Part shown: positions 43,273 to 52,550 of the stretch, in pieces
How the letters are laid out: each line of letters begins with the position of its first letter
Position numbering within the stretch: the stretch's first letter is position 1
Assembly: GCA_964538915.1 (NCBI GenBank)
Contig: CAZIFB010000018.1
Coordinates: 3,450 to 67,449 of the forward strand
Direction of reading: 5' to 3'
Length of the DNA: 64,000 nt
From: an uncultured candidatus Brocadiaceae bacterium
GTDB taxonomy: Bacteria > Planctomycetota > UBA1135 > UBA2386
Made by a program: the position numbers and the translations under genes
Notes under the pieces: model-generated
Seen by the model: only the letters and a program-made list of their open reading frames with translations
Told to the model about the DNA's origin: nothing
Databases searched by the model: none

Positions 43273-46113
43273 ATGAACGAGTACGGCGAAACCTCGGCGC
43301 TCGAGCGTGAACCCTCTGCTCGGGTCTTCGGCGACCGGGTGTGGCACACGGCGGTGGGGATGGTCGCGCTCGCATTGGTCGTCTACCTGCCGGCGGCACT
43401 GGGTGCGACCTTCCTGGACTTCGACGACGCGTTCTTCTTCGGTGCCGGCAACGAAGTGTTCCGCGACGGGCTCGGCGCCGTGCTCGATCCGTCGCGGCCG
43501 ATCGCGAACGCGTGGTTGCCCGTGGCGCACGTGTCGTTGTGGCTCGACTGGCAGCTCGCCGGCGTGGCGCCGCTCTGGGCGCATCTGCATGCGATCCTGT
43601 TGCACGGCGCCGCGGCGACCGTGTTGGTGCGCTTCCTGCGAGCACTCGGGGCGGGGACGGGCGTTGCGCACGCCGCGGGAGCGCTGTTCCTCGTCCACCC
43701 GGCGCTCGCCGAATCGGTCGCTTGGGTCAGCGGGCGCAAGGACCTGTTGTCGGGGCTCTTCACGTTCGCGGCGTTGTGGTGCGTCGTGAGGTGGTGCCGG
43801 CGCGGCGGCGCTCTCCCCGTCGTCGGCGCCGCGGTGGCGTCCGCGCTGGCGATGTACGCCAAGCCGACCGCGGTCGTGCTGCCGTTCCTCGCCCTGCTCG
43901 TCTGCTTTGCCGTGCCCGGCGAACGTCGGCGTTTCCTGTTGCCGCTCCTTCTCCTCGCGGTCGTGGCGCCGATCGCTTGGCACCACCAGACGATCGCCGC
44001 GGCCGAAGGCACCCTCGTCGCGGGCAGCGTCGCCGAGCGCCTGCCCCAGGCGCCGGGTGCTCTGCTCCACTACACGGCGATGGTGCTGTGGCCGGCCGCC
44101 CTCAACGTGCTCCATCCCGAAGTGGACACGTTGGCGCGGTTCCGCGCCGCGGCCATTCCCGGGGTCGCAGTCGCTCTCCTGCTCGTGCTCGTCGTCGCTG
44201 CCGGCCTCCGGCGCCCGCGATGGCGCTTCGTTGCGTTCGGCGCGGGCGCTTTCTTCGTGGCGCTCCTGCCGTTCAACACGGCGTATCCGGGTTCGTCGAT
44301 CGCGGCTGCGGACCGCTATCTCTACCTCGCGATTCCCGGTGCAGCGCTCGCGGTCGCGGCTCTGGCGCGGCTCGTCGCTGGCCCGCGCGGCGTCGTTGCA
44401 GCGGCAGCTTTCGTGGTGCCGCTGGCGTTCTTGTGCGGTGCACGAGCCCACGACTTCCGCGACGACGAGGCGTTGTGGCAGTCGAGCCTCGCGGTCGAGG
44501 AGCAGAACGCCGTCGCGCATCTGAACCTCGTGTATGCCCTCGTGAAACGTGGCCCTGCCGAGGTCGCCGAGTTGCGCCGTCATCTCGACGCCGCGGTGAA
44601 AGCGGCGCGGTACCCGGTGCACGAACTGCGCGCCCGGCAGCTGCTGATGCAGATCGCGATGCGCGAGGCGGACTACGCGGTCGCCGCGGCGGAAGCGCGC
44701 GCTGCGATCGCCGCAGCTGCGGCGCAGCTCGCGCGGGAAACCGGCGAGAAGAGACGGATCGAAGCACGGGGTCTTCTGCTCGCCGCCCGCCTCGCCGCGT
44801 TCGAGCCGCTGCAACTCGCGGGTGACACGGCGGGGGCCGAAGACGCGTGGCAGCAGGCGAAGGAACTGATCCCGGAGCACCCGGACGTGGTGGCGTTCGG
44901 CGCGATGCGCGATCTCGCGGCCGTCGTTCGCGAGCTGCAGCGGAGCGTGGGCGCGGAGGGCATGCGATGGCTGCCCGAAGACGATCCGCGCGGACTCGCC
45001 GCGGATGCAGCGCTCGGCGCGGCACTGCGGAAGAACCCGCGGCACGCGGGCCTCCTGTGCGCGCAGGGAGCGTGGGAGCGGGTGCGCGACCGAGTTCTGC
45101 CTGCGCTTCGCAACTACCGCCTCGCCCAGGAGGCGCAACCCGACTGCGTCGACGCCTGGCTCGGTGCGTCGCGGCTCCTGCGCGATCGCGAGAGCTTCGC
45201 CGAGGCCGCGGAGTACGCGAAGAAGGGGCTCGCGCATCGGCCCGATCCGTCGCTGCGTCAGGAGTACGCGATGGCGTTGGCCGGTCAGGGGCGACTCGAC
45301 GACGCGATCCTGCACCTCGAGGCGTACATGAAGGTGCGGCCGAACGACTCGGACAGCGCCCGCGTGCTCGCGAACCTGCTCGTCGGGACCGCGTACGACA
45401 AGCTCGGCGACTCGTCGACGAAGCCGGCCGACGTGCGGCGGATCGTGGACCGTGCGTTGGCCTACAACCCGAAGGAGGCGAAGGCGCACCTCGTGCTGGG
45501 GCGCCTGCTGCGGCAGGAGCGCGACTTGCCGCGCGCCCTCGAGCACCTCGAGACCGCGTTCCGCGTACTGCCCGACTTCGACGACGCCCGTCGACAACTC
45601 GTCGACTGCCTCGCGGACCTCGGATACCAGCGGATCCTGCAGCGCGACGACGAAGGGGCGACGACGGCGTGGTTGCGCTGCCTCGAACTGGCTCCGAAGG
45701 ACTTCGACGCGGCGGGGATCCGGGCGCAGTTGCAGGCGGTCTGGCGGCGATGCGAGGCCCAGGGCGTAGAGCTGGCGGGCAAGGGCGACCTTGCTGGCGC
45801 CGTCGCCGCGTTCCGCCGATGCCTCACCATCGATCCGGCACAGCACTGGGCCGCGTGGTTGCTCGCGTTGGCTTTGCAGAAGGACCCGGCCGCCGACCTC
45901 GACGAGCTCGAGCGACTCTGTCGCCAGGCGGTCGCGTGGCAGGAGTCGCACCAGCTGGACGGCACCGAGCAGGCACTCCTGCTGGCGACGACGCTCTCAC
46001 GGCGCGGACGTCTTGACGAAGCGAAGGCCGCGGCGCGCGCGGGGCTCGGGGCGGCCTCGGCGGATGCGAAACCGCAGATCCTCGCGATGCTGCGCAACCT
46101 CGCGGCGGACTGA
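43273..46113 (+). CDS. Polytopic membrane protein with C-terminal TPR array (TMTC / DUF1736-like, GT-C-type glycosyltransferase-like)
   Basis: From residue 248 of ORF 42532..46113 (MNEYGETSA). About 10-11 hydrophobic segments over ~450 aa, then ~450 aa of TPR-like repeats (e.g. AHLVLGRLLRQERDLPRALEHLETAFRVLPDF). Confidence 0.75.
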   Translation: MNEYGETSALEREPSARVFGDRVWHTAVGMVALALVVYLPAALGATFLDFDDAFFFGAGNEVFRDGLGAVLDPSRPIANAWLPVAHVSLWLDWQLAGVAPLWAHLHAILLHGAAATVLVRFLRALGAGTGVAHAAGALFLVHPALAESVAWVSGRKDLLSGLFTFAALWCVVRWCRRGGALPVVGAAVASALAMYAKPTAVVLPFLALLVCFAVPGERRRFLLPLLLLAVVAPIAWHHQTIAAAEGTLVAGSVAERLPQAPGALLHYTAMVLWPAALNVLHPEVDTLARFRAAAIPGVAVALLLVLVVAAGLRRPRWRFVAFGAGAFFVALLPFNTAYPGSSIAAADRYLYLAIPGAALAVAALARLVAGPRGVVAAAAFVVPLAFLCGARAHDFRDDEALWQSSLAVEEQNAVAHLNLVYALVKRGPAEVAELRRHLDAAVKAARYPVHELRARQLLMQIAMREADYAVAAAEARAAIAAAAAQLARETGEKRRIEARGLLLAARLAAFEPLQLAGDTAGAEDAWQQAKELIPEHPDVVAFGAMRDLAAVVRELQRSVGAEGMRWLPEDDPRGLAADAALGAALRKNPRHAGLLCAQGAWERVRDRVLPALRNYRLAQEAQPDCVDAWLGASRLLRDRESFAEAAEYAKKGLAHRPDPSLRQEYAMALAGQGRLDDAILHLEAYMKVRPNDSDSARVLANLLVGTAYDKLGDSSTKPADVRRIVDRALAYNPKEAKAHLVLGRLLRQERDLPRALEHLETAFRVLPDFDDARRQLVDCLADLGYQRILQRDDEGATTAWLRCLELAPKDFDAAGIRAQLQAVWRRCEAQGVELAGKGDLAGAVAAFRRCLTIDPAQHWAAWLLALALQKDPAADLDELERLCRQAVAWQESHQLDGTEQALLLATTLSRRGRLDEAKAAARAGLGAASADAKPQILAMLRNLAAD

Positions 46114-46288
46114 ACGGCGCGTCGTTGCGCGCGGCCGCAGTGTCCGCTACCGTCGCCCCTCCTGCGGCTCGGTCGGCCGCACCTGTGCGCGCCCCTTGGT
46201 CGGGGCGGGCGCGGCATCTCGTTCCGGTCTCGGTCAGGCGTCCCCGGCGGGGGCGCGGGGGTGTTTCGTGGTTCGCAAAGCAAGCGAC

Positions 46289-46912
46289 ATGGCGCTGCTG
46301 CTCGGTTCCCGCGGGCAGTATCGCGGTCGGTCGTCCGGTTTCGTGCCAACGCTGCGGCGTCTGGGCGGCGCCGTCCTCCAGTTCGCCGGTGTCGGGCGGT
46401 CGAGCAATGCCCGCCGCGGCGAAACCCGCGCCTCGCGCGGTTCGATGGTGTCCGGCTGGATCGCGCTCGGTGCAGCCGTCGCGTGTTTCGGCGCCGGTTA
46501 TCTCGTCGGCAACGCGACGGGTGGGCAGGCGACGAAGATCGCCGAGCTCAACGCGAACGGCGGCGGCGGACCGGTCGCGCCGGAAGTCCTGGCGGACTTC
46601 GATGCGCGGCCGTTGACGAACAACGCGTTCATCGTCGCGGGGTACCTCGGCTTCGATGCCACGGAGGCAAAGGTCCGCGCCAAGGCCCTCAGCGACTGGC
46701 TCCGCGCCGGGCAATCGCTGAACGCCCGCCCGTACGAGTACCCGTCGTCGCAGGGGAGCTTCTGGGCCGTGGCCGTCTACCACGACGGCGGCGCTTCCGA
46801 GACCACGACCCGCGAGCGGCTGCTCGCGCTGCCTGAGGACGTGCCGGACCAGATCTTCGTGGAGCAACGAAAAAAGACGGCGGGATGGCCGATCTCCGTG
46901 CCGATCCGGTAG
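46289..46912 (+). CDS. Membrane-anchored protein with C-terminal SPOR-like domain (tentative)
   Basis: Tail of ORF 45791..46912 from MALLLGS (later starts are possible). One TM segment (GWIALGAAVACFGAGYLVG). The C-terminal segment FIVAGYLGFDATEAKVRAKALSDWLRA...FWAVAVYHDG resembles the SPOR pattern. Confidence 0.45.
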   Translation: MALLLGSRGQYRGRSSGFVPTLRRLGGAVLQFAGVGRSSNARRGETRASRGSMVSGWIALGAAVACFGAGYLVGNATGGQATKIAELNANGGGGPVAPEVLADFDARPLTNNAFIVAGYLGFDATEAKVRAKALSDWLRAGQSLNARPYEYPSSQGSFWAVAVYHDGGASETTTRERLLALPEDVPDQIFVEQRKKTAGWPISVPIR

Positions 46913-46949
46913 ACTCCTCGCCCCCTTTTGCTGCCGAACCCGCACTGCC

Positions 46950-47237
46950 ATGTCGATCCACAGTAGTTTGAAGGTTGCCGGCGCCGCCGGTGGACAACGC
47001 AACGTCTGGACGCGCGCCGAGCGCATCGCCGCCCTGAAGAAAGCTGGCCGTTGGCAGGAGGGAGATCGCGTCGAAGGCCTGCGCAAGGTGCGCACGTCGT
47101 TCAAGACGAAGGCGAAGAAGAAGGCCGACGACGGCGCGGCGAAGCCCGCGGCTGGTGCGGCCGCTCCGGCTGCCGGTGCGGCTCCCGCGGCGAAGGCCGC
47201 GGCTCCCGCGGCAAAGGCCGCGCCGGCGAAGAAGTAG
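46950..47237 (+). CDS. Small basic protein with Ala/Pro/Lys-rich tail
   Basis: 95-aa ORF. MSIHSSLK....QRNVWTRAERIAALKKAGRW...GLRKV resembles the 'small basic protein' family (TIGR04137, as I recall it). The C-terminal 40 aa are AAPAAKAA-type low complexity. Confidence 0.6.
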   Translation: MSIHSSLKVAGAAGGQRNVWTRAERIAALKKAGRWQEGDRVEGLRKVRTSFKTKAKKKADDGAAKPAAGAAAPAAGAAPAAKAAAPAAKAAPAKK

Positions 47238-47276
47238 TTCGCTCCGTCGGGCCCTTTCCCTCCCGTCGAGTCCTGC

Positions 47277-48452
47277 GTGGCGAACGCTCCCCAAGGTTCC
47301 GGTCGGCCGGGCGCGTCGTTGTCCGCGCGCGTGCAGGGCATCGAGCCGAGCGGCATCCGCCGCATCTTCGAGCTCATGGCCACGATGGAGGACCCGATCA
47401 ATCTGTCGATCGGGCAGCCTCACTACGATCCGCCGGCGGAACTCGTCGAAGCGGCGTGCCGCGCGATCCGCGACGGGAAGAACCGCTACACGGTCACGCA
47501 GGGACTGCCGGAGCTGAACGCGGCGATCCTCGCCGACGTCGAGCATCGGCACGGGCGTCGTCCGGAGACATGCTTGCTCACCGCGGGCGTCTCGGGCGGT
47601 CTCGTGCTCACCTTCCAGTGTCTGCTCGATCCGGGCGACGAGATCCTGCTGCCGGATCCCGGCTTCGTGATGTACCGGCACCTCGCGACGCTGTGCGGCG
47701 CGAACGTGCGCTACTACGACGTCTATCCAAAGCGCCCCGGCGGGCGCTTCTCCGTCGATCTCGACGAGATCGAACGGATGTGCAGCGAGAAGACGAAGAT
47801 CGTGTTCGTCAATTCGCCGAGCAATCCGACCGGCGGCGTCCTCACCCGCGCCGAGATCGAGGGCGTCTGCCGCATCGCCAACCGCTGCGGTGCGCACGTC
47901 GTCAGCGACGAGATCTACGACTTCTTCTGCTACGTGGACGACTACGCGTCGCCGGTCACGTACGCGGATCGCTGCATCCAGCTCGGCGGCTTCAGCAAGA
48001 CGTACGGCATCCCCGGCTGGCGCATGGGCTACGCGACCGGTCCGTCTGCGGTGCTCGATGCGATGAAGACGCTGCAGCAGTTCTCGTTCGTCTGCGCGCC
48101 GGCGCCGTTCCAGCACGCGCTGCTCGAGGCGATACCCAGGATCGACCTGCGGCCGCGGCACACGGAGTATCTCCACAAGCGCGACCTCGTCACGCGATCG
48201 CTGCATCCCGTGTACGGCCTGCGTGCACCGGAGGGTTCGTTCTACGCGTTCCCGCAACTGCCCGTGGTGAACGGCAAGCCGGTCGATGGCGCGAACTTCC
48301 TGCAGGCGGCGCTTCAGCAGAAGCTGCTCATCGTGCCGGGGAAGTCGTTCTCCGCGCGCGACACGCACTTCAGGATCTCGTTCGCTGCCGAGGACGCGGT
48401 ACTGCAGCGCGGCATCGACGTGCTGAACGACCTCGCGCGCCAGTTCGCGTGA
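47277..48452 (+). CDS. PLP-dependent aminotransferase, class I/II (aspartate-aminotransferase-like)
   Basis: 391-aa ORF. PSGIRRIF, NSPSNPTG, and the PLP-lysine context GGFSKTYGIPGWRMGY. Confidence 0.85.
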   Translation: MANAPQGSGRPGASLSARVQGIEPSGIRRIFELMATMEDPINLSIGQPHYDPPAELVEAACRAIRDGKNRYTVTQGLPELNAAILADVEHRHGRRPETCLLTAGVSGGLVLTFQCLLDPGDEILLPDPGFVMYRHLATLCGANVRYYDVYPKRPGGRFSVDLDEIERMCSEKTKIVFVNSPSNPTGGVLTRAEIEGVCRIANRCGAHVVSDEIYDFFCYVDDYASPVTYADRCIQLGGFSKTYGIPGWRMGYATGPSAVLDAMKTLQQFSFVCAPAPFQHALLEAIPRIDLRPRHTEYLHKRDLVTRSLHPVYGLRAPEGSFYAFPQLPVVNGKPVDGANFLQAALQQKLLIVPGKSFSARDTHFRISFAAEDAVLQRGIDVLNDLARQFA

Positions 48453-48459
48453 TCGGGCG

Positions 48460-49317
48460 ATGGACCTGAAGCGCGCGCTGCAAGGGCTGCAGCAGGCCGA
48501 GCGCCGCGACGACGGTGCCAGTCCCATGGCGAAGGCGCCGCTCATCGAGGTGTTCCACTCGGTGCAAGGTGAGGGGCGCTTCGTCGGCATGCCGATGACG
48601 TTCCTCCGCGTCGCGACATGTCCGCTGCGCTGTCTCTACTGCGACACGCCGCACAGCTACGCGGCGCCGGCGCGTTTCCCGGTGCGCCTCGGCGTTCGCG
48701 ATCAGCAGGAGCCGAATCCCACGTCCGCCGCGCGTGCCGCGGAGCTCGTGCGCCTCGTCGTCGCGGCGAACGAGCCTGGCGCCAGGGCGCCTCGGGTCAG
48801 CGTCACCGGCGGCGAGCCGCTCGTGTTCCCCGAGTTCGTGCGAGAGTTCGGCCGGCTCGTCCGCGACAAGGGCATGCGCGTGCACCTGGAGACTGCAGCG
48901 GTGCATCCCGACGCACTCACGAAGTGCATCGACCAGGTCGATCACCTGAGCGCCGACTACAAACTGCCCGAGACGCTTGGAACGCCCGCCGATCCTGCGC
49001 TCGTGCTCGCTTCGGGTGCGTCGTTCGGCCCGAGACACCGGCACTGCTGCGAGATCGCCCTGCGGCGCGGCGCCACGGTCGACGTGAAGATCGTGTTGAC
49101 CGACCGAGTCGGCGACGCCGCGTTCGAGACCGCGCTCGCGGATCTTCACCCGCTCCGCGAACGGATCGTGCTGGTGCTCCAACCGGTCACACCGTTCGGC
49201 GCCGTGACCCGTTTGCTGCCGCGCCAGGACCTCGAACGCTTCGTGGCAACGGCCGTGCGTCAGCAGTTCGACGTCCGGGTCCTGCCGCAGGTGCACAAAG
49301 CGCTCCAGGTGCCCTGA
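48460..49317 (+). CDS. queE: 7-carboxy-7-deazaguanine synthase (radical SAM)
   Basis: 285-aa ORF. EVFHSVQGEGRFVGMPMTFLRVATCPLRCLYCDT (CX3CX2C). An internal ATG at 48526 (MAKAPLIEVF) fits the usual QueE N-terminus better and may be the true start. Confidence 0.8.
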   Translation: MDLKRALQGLQQAERRDDGASPMAKAPLIEVFHSVQGEGRFVGMPMTFLRVATCPLRCLYCDTPHSYAAPARFPVRLGVRDQQEPNPTSAARAAELVRLVVAANEPGARAPRVSVTGGEPLVFPEFVREFGRLVRDKGMRVHLETAAVHPDALTKCIDQVDHLSADYKLPETLGTPADPALVLASGASFGPRHRHCCEIALRRGATVDVKIVLTDRVGDAAFETALADLHPLRERIVLVLQPVTPFGAVTRLLPRQDLERFVATAVRQQFDVRVLPQVHKALQVP

Positions 49318-49385
49318 CCTCGGTCGCGGTGTCGCACCATCGGGGGAGTGCCGCTGTGGAGCACGTTCGCTACCCTGTGCCGGCG

Positions 49386-50549
49386 ATGGTCCGGTCGATC
49401 CCGTTCGGCGCGTTGCTGTGTGTGTTCACCACCTTCGTCGCGGCGCAGGACGTCGTCACCTGTCGTTCTTGCAACAACCACGGGTCGTTCCCGTGTTCGA
49501 AGCACGGGAAGTTGTTCGCTCAGGAAGAGGGGCCGGGCACGAAGTTCTGCAGCGTCGCCACCGAGTGCAAGGCGTGCGGCGGCGCGCTCGTCGTCGACTG
49601 CAAGCAGTGCGTCAATGCGACCGTAGAGAGTGCGGCCGCGGACCGGCAGCGACTCGCGCGTGAGTGGCTCGAGAAGCGCCGCAAGGCGGTCGACGAGACC
49701 GTGGGCAACAAGATGCTGCTGCATCTCGAGACGCCGCACGTGGACCTCGTCTTCTCCATCAAGCCGCTGATGGTCGGCAAGGAGAAGCTCGACACCCACA
49801 CGCTGATGCACCTCTACGGTGAGCGCCTCGAGGCCTTTCGCACGCTCTATCAGCAGACGTTGGAGCTGACCGACGCGGACATGCCGGGTCGTCTGCGGGT
49901 CTACCTCTTCCGGGATCAGCACGACCACGGCATCGTCGGCCCGCGCGAAACCGGATTCGGCAACGCGACCGCGGTCGGGCTGAAGCAGATGGGACCCGAG
50001 TTCGTCTACAGCATGTGGCAGGAGCCGCGCAGTGTGCCCGACGACGAGGCGTTGCACCGCAACGTCGTGCACCACGTGACGCACCTGCTGAACAGCGAAG
50101 TCCTGCCGGTCATGTTCATCGGCAACAAGGGACACGGCTGGATCGACGAAGGGCTCGCGCACTGGTTCGAGGACAAGGTGACCGGCCGCTGTCTCAACTA
50201 TTGCTTCGAAGAGGTCCTCACGCAGCCGATGGCCGACTGGAAGGGCGGTCGCTGGCGCACGCCCGTTCGCCAGTTGCTCGACGCGGGCAAGCTGCCGACG
50301 TTCGCGTCGTTCTCGAGCCAGAACACCGACCAGCTGACCTTCGAAGGCCACGCGATGGCGTTCGCGTACGTCGACTTCCTCATCGCCACGAAGGGCGGAG
50401 CGAAGATGCGCGATCTGCTCCGCGGCGTGAAGAAGGGCCAGCCCGCGCGCGACGTGTTGCAGGCTGTCTACGGTTGGAATCCCCTGACGATCGAAGCTCC
50501 GTTCCAGCAATGGGTGAAGGACACGTATCCACCGGTCTCGTTGCGCTGA
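49386..50549 (+). CDS. Secreted protein with Cys-rich N-terminal module and putative metallopeptidase-like domain (DUF1570-like, tentative)
   Basis: Last 387 codons of ORF 48618..50549 (MVRSIPFGALLCVFTTFVAAQ signal peptide). CRSCNNHG..PC...(16)...C....C.AC...(7)...C..C cluster. HHVTHLL...GWIDEGLAHWFE resembles MA-clan-like helper motifs. Confidence 0.65.
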   Translation: MVRSIPFGALLCVFTTFVAAQDVVTCRSCNNHGSFPCSKHGKLFAQEEGPGTKFCSVATECKACGGALVVDCKQCVNATVESAAADRQRLAREWLEKRRKAVDETVGNKMLLHLETPHVDLVFSIKPLMVGKEKLDTHTLMHLYGERLEAFRTLYQQTLELTDADMPGRLRVYLFRDQHDHGIVGPRETGFGNATAVGLKQMGPEFVYSMWQEPRSVPDDEALHRNVVHHVTHLLNSEVLPVMFIGNKGHGWIDEGLAHWFEDKVTGRCLNYCFEEVLTQPMADWKGGRWRTPVRQLLDAGKLPTFASFSSQNTDQLTFEGHAMAFAYVDFLIATKGGAKMRDLLRGVKKGQPARDVLQAVYGWNPLTIEAPFQQWVKDTYPPVSLR

Positions 50550-52024
50550 CGTTCGCCGCGCTCGCCGCGTTTTCACCGGCCCAGGGAGTCGCCTACCGCG
50601 AGCGCTGGACCTACTTGCATCTCGAGAATCGGCGCCTCGAGGTCCTCGGCGCACTGCGCGAAAGGCCTGCGGACGTGCGCGCCGACATCGCGCGCATCTT
50701 CGCCGAGCCGGTCGAGCACCTCGGTTTCCTCGGTGTTGCGAAAGCGCTCGCGCGGCTGCGCGACGTGCCTGCGGACGATGCGTTCGCGTATCGCACCGCC
50801 GTGTGCGCCTACCTCCTGCCCGAAGTGGCAGACCCCGACGGGAAGAACGAGGTCTGCCGCGAAGTGAACGTGTCGGTGTTCGTTCCGTCCGCTCTGCGGC
50901 GGCCGAAGAGCGTGTCGTTCGACTTCGAGGTTCGCGACCAGGCCGGCCAGTCGGTGTGGACGGGTGCGCTCGACAGCGATCCCGAGAGCGAAGACGTGCG
51001 CCTCGGGCGGGAGTCCGTCCGGGTGCCCGCGGGTTCGCTAGCGGACGGCTCGTACGAACTCACACTGCGCACGCGCGTCGATGGACATCTGCCGGGCCCC
51101 GCCGACCCGGTGCTGCGTTGGCCGATGCACGTGTTGCGTGGATTCCAGGCGCGCAGCGAAGCCGCGCTCGCCGCGGCGCACGATCTCGCGTCGACGGCCG
51201 GTGAACTGCCCGGAGCGCTCCTCGGGGGCGTCGCAGCGCCGGTCGCACGGGCCCATGCCGGCGAAGCGTTTGCCGGGCGAAGCCGTGCGATCGCGGACCT
51301 AGAACGACTCGAACTCGCCTTGGGCAACCTGCGCGCCGGGAAGCCGGTCCTGTCGGGCATGAGTGGGGATGTGCCGTGCGCCCTGCCGACCGGCGAAGAG
51401 CCGCTCGCTTGCGTGCTGCGGCGCCGCGGCGAACGGGACGGCGAACTGCCGCGCCCGCTCGTGGTGTTTGCCGGAGCCGCGCCGTCGTACGACGCGGGAG
51501 CTGCGCGGCCGATCGCGCCGACCAGTCGGTCGCCGGTGTGGCTCGCGATGGAGCTGCCGACGTTCGGTGCAGGAGACGCTTTCGACGTCGTGTTCCTCGA
51601 GTCGCCAGGCGGTGGGCGCGACTACGGCCGGCACCTCGTGGCCGCGATCGACCGATGCAGGGACGTGATGCACACCGGGGATCGGCCCGTCGTGCTCGTT
51701 TGCGATCGAGAGTCGGCTTCGGTCGCCGGACTGCGGATCGACGTCCTGCGCCAGCGTCTGGCGGGGCTCGTGCTGGTGGGTTCGGGCGGCATGGCCACGA
51801 AGTCACTGGAAGGGCTCGGCGACTTCCCCGTTCGGCTGCTGCCTCTCCGCGGACACGCGGGCAGCGGCAACATCGAGAGCGTGCTGGCGTGGGTGCGTTC
51901 GCGCGGCGACACGTGGCGTGGTGACGTCACCCTGCTCGGCAACGGCGATTTCCCCTGGCCCTTCGGCGTGCCGCTCGCGGGATCGGAGATCGCGGCGTTC
52001 GTGGCCAGCGTCTTCCGCCGCTGA
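50510..52024 (+). CDS. Hypothetical secreted protein
   Basis: Tail of ORF 50015..52024 from MGEGHVSTGLVALTFAALAAFSPAQG (signal-like; nearby GTG starts are possible). Ordinary composition, no motif recognised. Overlaps the preceding gene by ~40 nt if this start is right. Confidence 0.55.
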   Translation: MGEGHVSTGLVALTFAALAAFSPAQGVAYRERWTYLHLENRRLEVLGALRERPADVRADIARIFAEPVEHLGFLGVAKALARLRDVPADDAFAYRTAVCAYLLPEVADPDGKNEVCREVNVSVFVPSALRRPKSVSFDFEVRDQAGQSVWTGALDSDPESEDVRLGRESVRVPAGSLADGSYELTLRTRVDGHLPGPADPVLRWPMHVLRGFQARSEAALAAAHDLASTAGELPGALLGGVAAPVARAHAGEAFAGRSRAIADLERLELALGNLRAGKPVLSGMSGDVPCALPTGEEPLACVLRRRGERDGELPRPLVVFAGAAPSYDAGAARPIAPTSRSPVWLAMELPTFGAGDAFDVVFLESPGGGRDYGRHLVAAIDRCRDVMHTGDRPVVLVCDRESASVAGLRIDVLRQRLAGLVLVGSGGMATKSLEGLGDFPVRLLPLRGHAGSGNIESVLAWVRSRGDTWRGDVTLLGNGDFPWPFGVPLAGSEIAAFVASVFRR

Positions 52025-52036
52025 CCGGTATCGGGC

Positions 52037-52486
52037 TCAGTCCGACTCGCGGAGGAACTCGCGGACCACCTGTACGAGGTCGCGCGGCTTGACGGGCTTC
52101 TCGACCCAGAGACCCGGCCACAGTTCCGCCGACGTGAGGCCGGCTTGGGACCGCGAACTGCCCGAGACCACGACCACCGGCAGGTCGATGTGGCCGTCGG
52201 CGCGCAGTCTCCGCACGACGTCCGCTCCGGAGACGGTGGGGAGGCTCATGTCGAGCACGACGAGCGTCGGAGCGCGATCGTGCAAACGTCGCAGAGCCTG
52301 CAGACCGTCGCGGGCGACTTCGACTTCGTGACCGTCGCGGGACAACGCACGAGCGAACACCTCCGCCGTGAGCGGCTCGTCCTCGACGAGCAGCACGCGG
52401 CTGCCGCGCTGCCGCCGCGGCTTGTCCTTCGTTCGTTGTGGGACCAGCGCGGTCTCGTGCGCCGGTTGCATCGTGGTGGGTGACAT
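52037..52486 (-). CDS. Single-domain response regulator (CheY-like receiver)
   Basis: Last 149 codons of ORF 52037..53017. VLLVEDEP, phospho-acceptor context LVVLDMSLP, and conserved Lys in WVEKPVKP. Confidence 0.8.
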   Translation of the reverse strand: MSPTTMQPAHETALVPQRTKDKPRRQRGSRVLLVEDEPLTAEVFARALSRDGHEVEVARDGLQALRRLHDRAPTLVVLDMSLPTVSGADVVRRLRADGHIDLPVVVVSGSSRSQAGLTSAELWPGLWVEKPVKPRDLVQVVREFLRESD

Positions 52487-52550
52487 GGCCGATCTCCTTC
52501 GCTCCACGTCGGCTATCGACGGTGGCACCGGGCGAATGGAGTCGCGGTTG

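Noticed and set aside
41041-45951. 1636-aa minus-strand ORF, the longest in the track
   Set aside because: The translation is Arg/Pro/Ala/Gly-rich with no recognisable motif. It runs out of frame over the udg and 42093..43070 genes and antisense to the TMTC-like gene, all of which have protein-like composition or clear motifs. This is a typical high-GC shadow ORF.
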